Assembly: GCA_008632985.1 (NCBI GenBank)
Contig: QPGO01000001.1
Coordinates: 426,600-464,749, forward strand
DNA length: 38,150 nucleotides
Reading direction: 5' to 3'
From: Psammoneis japonica
Taxonomy: Eukaryota
Shown here one piece after another: positions 33,423 through 38,150 of this stretch. Every line of letters begins with the position of its first letter. Position 1 is the stretch's first letter. The notes beneath the pieces were generated by a model. That model searched no databases, was not told the origin of the DNA, and was given only the letters and a program-made list of their open reading frames with translations. The position numbers were made by a program, and so were the translations under genes.

Positions 33423-34658
33423 CAGAGCTCGCACGTAGAATTCTACGGGGCAAATGTCACAAAAAGTCCCACCTGGGACTGGAACCCATCAGCAGAGGTG
33501 TGCAACTGGAAACCGCCCATGCCATGTTGAATGCACTGTCGTTGGGTCATGAGAAATTAACAACGACTTTGCAATTAGATCACATGTTTTGCAGGGTGGT
33601 GATGATGACAACAGATGATGATGCCAAAGGTGGTGAGGAGGTGGTGCAACAACTCGATGCCATTGATTGCTGCCGCTTCATTTGGATTTTGGGTGGGGCC
33701 GACTCAGCATCGTGGAGACAGCAGCAGCATCAAAGATGGTTTGCAGGTCTGGTGGGAAACAAAAAACCAGAAATGCTTCCCCAAGTGTGTGCAAATGTTG
33801 CAACTGCTCAGAGCACTGCACAAAACTGCTTTCACCCTGGATTTCGAAGTTCCCACAATGTTGGGGCAAGTGTGGCAGAAAAGTGCAAACTTGAACAGAC
33901 TTCATTGTAGAGGTGAAAAGCTCCTTCACAATGTCCCTCTCTTGCAACTCATCTGCAGTGTGTTGTCATTCCAAGTGCAGCAAACGCACAGGCGTTGAGA
34001 CCCTTCGAGCAAGTGTTTGTTTTGGGAGCGGCAACTTCGCGTTTGCCTGGGCATGAGCGGGCTCTGGTCAGAATCCTGTCCTCATTGGGGGGCAGAATGC
34101 ACACCACTGGAGCTCTTCAACCAAAGCACTCAGTGCTGCTGTGAAGCATGGGAGAATGATGACAGATCAAAGAGCCGCACAGCACTTGGACTGTCCAGGG
34201 GGAACTTGGGGTGGAACATCCAGAGAGAGAGAGAGGGGGGGGGGGGGGGTGATTGGAGGAGGCAAGCTGTCCCAAGCTGGTCGTGAGGTGATGCAGACAG
34301 GGTGCTCCTGCTGTGGGATTGGAGCAGTGGCATCGCCCAACAAATGGGGCATGATGGCCTGATTTCGACCAACCTTCCAGGCACGTGGTGTGAAATGAGT
34401 GTGAACATCCACTCGGGTGCTTCATGTGCTCTGCACTGCCACCAACCATCAACGAAAGGCAAATCACACATGTTGTTGAATGGAATGAAATGGGCTTGAC
34501 AAAGATCTGGAGATGGGAGAATGAAGCTTTCCCAGCACTTGCAAAGTCGCATGTGTTGTGCGAGTCGTCAGCCCAAGTCCAAGGTTTCTGGACGCGTTCC
34601 AGATGCAGGTGGGAATCTGTGTGACATTGGGCCCGTAGAATTCTACGTGCGAGCTCCG
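33423..34658. mobile_element. Non-autonomous 1.24-kb TIR element with a probable TA target duplication
   Basis: gagctcgcacgtagaattctacggg.c.aatgtcaca at 33425 and its reverse complement ending at 34656 (37 bp, 2 mismatches; imperfect match extends to about 70 bp). The right flank is CG|TA and the left flank is TG|CA, its eroded mirror. Confidence 0.7.
34340..34470 (-). pseudogene. RING-H2 (C3H2C3) zinc-finger fragment
   Basis: CVIC..CSHSFHTTCLEGW then, after a 1-nt frameshift, RPSCPIC. Confidence 0.85.
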
Positions 34659-34766
34659 TAGTAAAATTATACGGTAATTAAAATGTCAATGATCGCCAAC
34701 AGAAAATGAGGCAATTTTGCGAACGCACAAACTCGCCCATGATCGAAGTACATCATTTTTTACTTA

Positions 34767-34805
34767 GCCAGTTACATTCTTCAGACATTGAAGAATGTAA
34801 CTGGC
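34767..34805. other. Perfect hairpin, 17-bp stem and 5-nt loop
   Basis: gccagttacattcttca-gacat-tgaagaatgtaactggc. Confidence 0.9.
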
Positions 34806-35009
34806 ACATCATTGTTTCTATAAATTCATTGTATAAAACGTCTGGGGGCTTCGCAAAACAGTGAGTCTGGACAATTTTTTTTTAAATGTCACACGTAGAA
34901 ATGTACGTGCGAAACATACGACGGATGATAAAAATTATTTGTGTCACACGTCAGTGCTACGTACGAGCTCCCACCTGGGGCTGGAACGCGTCTCTGGAAG
35001 ATCAAATCC

Positions 35010-35290
35010 TTGGCATTTGTTTTGACAGCAGAGATGTGCCACAAGCAGCTGTTGAAACCAGGCTTGATGGGCTTTTCAAAGCAATTGCAGAGCAGACAGC
35101 AACAACTTTTGTCTTCAAGTTGATCAAAGCTGTGAAATCCAAGGTTGCAAACAACCACTTTGCCACTCACAGAGCAAGAGGAATTGGTGCAGACACCCTC
35201 CAGTGACAGACCTTTTCTCGCTTGATGCCATGCTGGAGCGCTCTCACTCCATTCAACTTTTTGACAGCGCTGGTTTGGGACGTGTTCCAG
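35010..35290 (-). pseudogene. Cys-rich putative zinc-binding domain of unknown function
   Basis: WSESAPAWHQARKGLSLEGVCTNSSC..VVCNLGF..FD..CLLC..PIKPGFNSCLW within ORF 34889-35503. Resembles, from memory, an uncharacterised eukaryotic domain often next to ubiquitin-like domains. Confidence 0.5.
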
Positions 35291-35608
35291 TGCCAGGTGA
35301 CGCGCAAAACGACAATTTCCACAATTTACACAAGCTTGGTGTTTGGAGTTTTTAATCATAAAATTTGGCATCAAATGTTGCCAATGCATCATCCATTCTC
35401 GTGGGTGATTATTTCCTGTGTGCGTGAAGGAAGCTAAAACCGTTGAGGGTTTCATCTGAGTGGCTGAAGAGACGTGGCGTGAGGGAGGGACAAACAAGAG
35501 CAAGAAGCAGCGAGTGCCGAGTGCCTTTCATTGCACCACAAATGAGTTGCAGTTGCTGCTAGACGAACACAACGTTGAAAAGCAACTTGATCATTCGTGA
35601 ACGCCAAA

Positions 35609-38150
35609 ATGTGCGGTAAAAAGAAACGAACAAAAATCGGGAGGAAGTGCAAGGCTGGGGCTGGACGCAATGCCCCAACGAAAGGAAAGCGCAAAATTCG
35701 CCAGAAAGGTGGATGGGCATCTCCATCTAAAAAAGCTCGCTCAGATGACAGTTTGGATCACGATGGTCAAGAAAGCCTCATTTCTGACAGTGTTGGAGCA
35801 TCTTCTGAGGATGTGGTGGGCTTCGTGATGGACCATTTTGAAGTGGGCCATCGAGGGGACGATTCGAGTGGAGCAGCAGTGAGTGGCAAAGCTTTTGATG
35901 CTTTTGAACCTGGAGCTGACGACACGAATGGAGGATGCGTTGGAGTGAGGGCGGTTGATGATGTTTGCACTTTGGAAGCTGAAGCCAACGATGCAACAAG
36001 TGGAAACGTTGCAGAGGGTTTTTTGGAGAGAGTGTCGCTGCTGGCAATGGCATGGAATCTGATGGTGTCATTGCGGGCAGAGGATGCAGCAACAGTGCCA
36101 CTGTTGCAGCTGACAATGCAAGTAGAGGAGATGTTGGAGTGATGGCAGATGCAACAAGTGGAGTTGTGGCAGAAGGCATTGGAGAGACATTCGTTGGAGA
36201 GAGTGTTGCTGCTGGCAACAGCACAGAATCTGATGGTGTCATCGGGGGCAGAGGACGCAGCAACAGCACCGCCATTGCAGCTGACAATGCAAGCAGAGGA
36301 GATGTTGGAGTGACGGCAGATGCAACAAGCAGCAATGTTGGAGAAGGCGTCAGAGAGAGCGTCGTTGGAGACAGTGTCGCTGCTGGCAGTGGTGTAGAAT
36401 CGAAAGGTGTCATTTCAGGCAGAGGACGCAGCAATGCTGCCACTGTTGCAGCTGACAATGGAAGTGGAGGAGATGTTGGAGTGATGGCAGATGCAACAAG
36501 TGGAAATGTGGTGGAAGGCGTTGGAGAGACATTCGTTGGAGAGAGTGTCGCTGCTGGCAATGGCACAGAATCTGATGGTGTCATTGCAGGCAGAGGACGC
36601 AGCAATGGTGCCACTGTTGCAGCTGACAATGCAAGTAGAGGAGATGTTGGAGTGATGGCAGATGCAACAAGCAGCAATGTCAGAGAAGGCGTCAGAGAGA
36701 GCGTCGTTGGAGACAGTGTCGCTGCTGGCAGTGGTGCAGAATCGAAAGGCATCATTTCGGGCAGAGGACGCAGCAATGCCACCACTGTTGCAGCTGACAA
36801 TGGAAGCAGAGGAGATGTTGGAGTGATGGCAGATGCAACAAGTGGAAATGTGGTAGAAGGCGTTGGAGAGACATTCGTTGGAGAGAGTGTCGCTGCTGGC
36901 AACAGTGTAGAATCTGATGGTGTCATCACAGGCAGAGGACGCAGCAATGGCACCACTGTTGCAGCTGACAATGCAAGCAGAGGAGATGTTGGAGTGACGG
37001 CAGATGCAACAAGCAGTGATGTTAGAGAAGGCGTCAGAGAGAGCATCGTTGGAGATGGTGTCGCTGCTGGCAGCATTGTAGAATCGGAAGGCATCATTTC
37101 GGGCAGAGGATGCAGCAACAGTGCCACTGTTGCAGCTGACAATGCAAGCAGAGGAGATGTTGGAGTGATGGCAGATGCAACAAGTGGAAATGTGGCAGAA
37201 GGCATTGGAGAGACATTCGTTGGAGAGAGTGTCGCTGCTGGCAACAGCACAGAATCTGATGGTGTCATTGGGGGCAGAGGACGCAGCAACAGTGCCGCCA
37301 TTGCAGCTGACAATGCAAGCAGAGGAGATGTTGGAGTGACGGCAGATGCAACAAGCAGCAATGTCAGAGAGAGCGTCGTTGGAGACAGTGTCGCTGCTGG
37401 CAGCAGTGTAGAATCGGAAGGTGTCATTTCGGGCAGAGGACGCAGCTCGAGTGCAAATGCTGTGTCTCGCAGCAAATGCGAATTGTTGGATGCTGCCCCG
37501 ACAATCAAAATCAATGAAGATGCATTTCTGGCAGGGCTGGGTGGTCGTCCCAGAAGCAAGCAAGCGGCCGAAAAGGCCAGACAACGTGTCCCAAAGAGAT
37601 CAGTTGACACTGTGAAGAAGTTGAAGACAGAGGAGCAATGTGCTTTGACGACTCGAGATTTCAACAACTGCAAAGACATGCTGCAATGCTCAAAAGCGGC
37701 AGGGTTCTTTCCAACAAAAGAAACGGTTGCTGCAAATCATGTTGCATCCCAGCAGCGTCGCCTGCCAACTGAAGCGGCCAATGCTAAAAACACAAAGGGA
37801 CGCCCCGACGATGACAGGAGCAACTTTGTCGGAGTCATGTGCACGGCGTCTGCAGACTCTCCAGACAAACCACCACCTCAGAAGAATGCAACAATGACAG
37901 CCTTTGGCGGTGCCATGAGTGATTCTACAACACGATGGAGAATGAAAGAGGCGGAAGCCAAGCGAAAGGCAATCATTGCTGGCGAGAAAGGGGTGAAGTG
38001 GAGTGTTGGTCGGAAAAGAAAGAAATGCCAGAAGGTGTCAGATGAAGTGAGGGAGAAGCTGGCACAATGGATGCGGGATCACCCACATGTGGTCGACTCA
38101 CCGATGGCCAACGACACCTTGTTGATCAAGAATCCGGAAACAGGCGAAAA
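35609..38150 (+). pseudogene. Long, probably transposon-encoded ORF with an internal 57-aa repeat; runs off the window end
   Basis: Basic N-terminus from ATG 35609, frameshift near 36020, then an apparently open frame through the repeats to WMRDHPHVVDSPMANDTLLIKNPETGE at the edge. Family not identified. Confidence 0.5.
35990..37446 (+). repeat. Coding minisatellite: about 8.5 copies of a 171-bp unit with alternating A/B variants (342-bp higher-order period)
   Basis: The anchor gatgcaacaag occurs at 35990, 36148, 36319, 36490, 36661, 36832, 37003, 37174 and 37345. The first interval is 13 bp short. Confidence 0.97.

Noticed and set aside
35778..37679. 633-aa and 389-aa minus-strand ORFs over the minisatellite
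   Set aside because: Antisense readings of the 171-bp repeat. The plus-strand frame continues into non-repetitive protein-like sequence and is the more plausible coding strand.
1..38150. Classical fungal RIP or simple methyl-CpG decay as the explanation for the skewed composition
   Set aside because: Both are C->T processes. RIP increases TpA, and CpG decay cannot turn Tyr codons into Cys/His. CpG decay is present in part of the window but does not account for the TA loss.

Overview
Eukaryotic, transposon-dense window, most likely from a diatom (inferred from a CoDi-like copia element and an ASAFAP-like plastid-targeting motif). One ordinary host gene, an intron-containing ATP-dependent 6-phosphofructokinase (17343-19142, minus), sits in a compositionally normal island at about 16.7-19.5 kb. 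To its left are a truncated Ty1/copia element, a 500-bp-arm inverted repeat, an IS630/Tc1-like transposase relic, an intronless Rab5-like pseudogene, and a 5-kb DD34E element with about 630-bp inverted arms and two convergent ORFs. To its right is a block of about 13.5 kb holding a Helitron Rep/Pif1 helicase, a hairpin array, a TET/JBP-like dioxygenase, a DOT1-like methyltransferase and three orphan ORFs. Beyond that lie a small TIR element carrying a RING-H2 fragment and a long ORF with a 171-bp coding tandem repeat. The main signal is that nearly all repeat-derived DNA has lost its TpA dinucleotides by TA->TG and TA->CA transitions. Conserved Tyr codons have become Cys or His in unrelated elements and in a duplicated host gene, and paralogous copies show TA, TG and CA at the same site, while the PFK gene is spared. 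This looks like a RIP-like, repeat-targeted A:T->G:C hypermutation, opposite in direction to fungal RIP and separable from CpG decay. All calls are from reading motifs by eye. No searches or counts were run, and boundaries of degenerate features are approximate.
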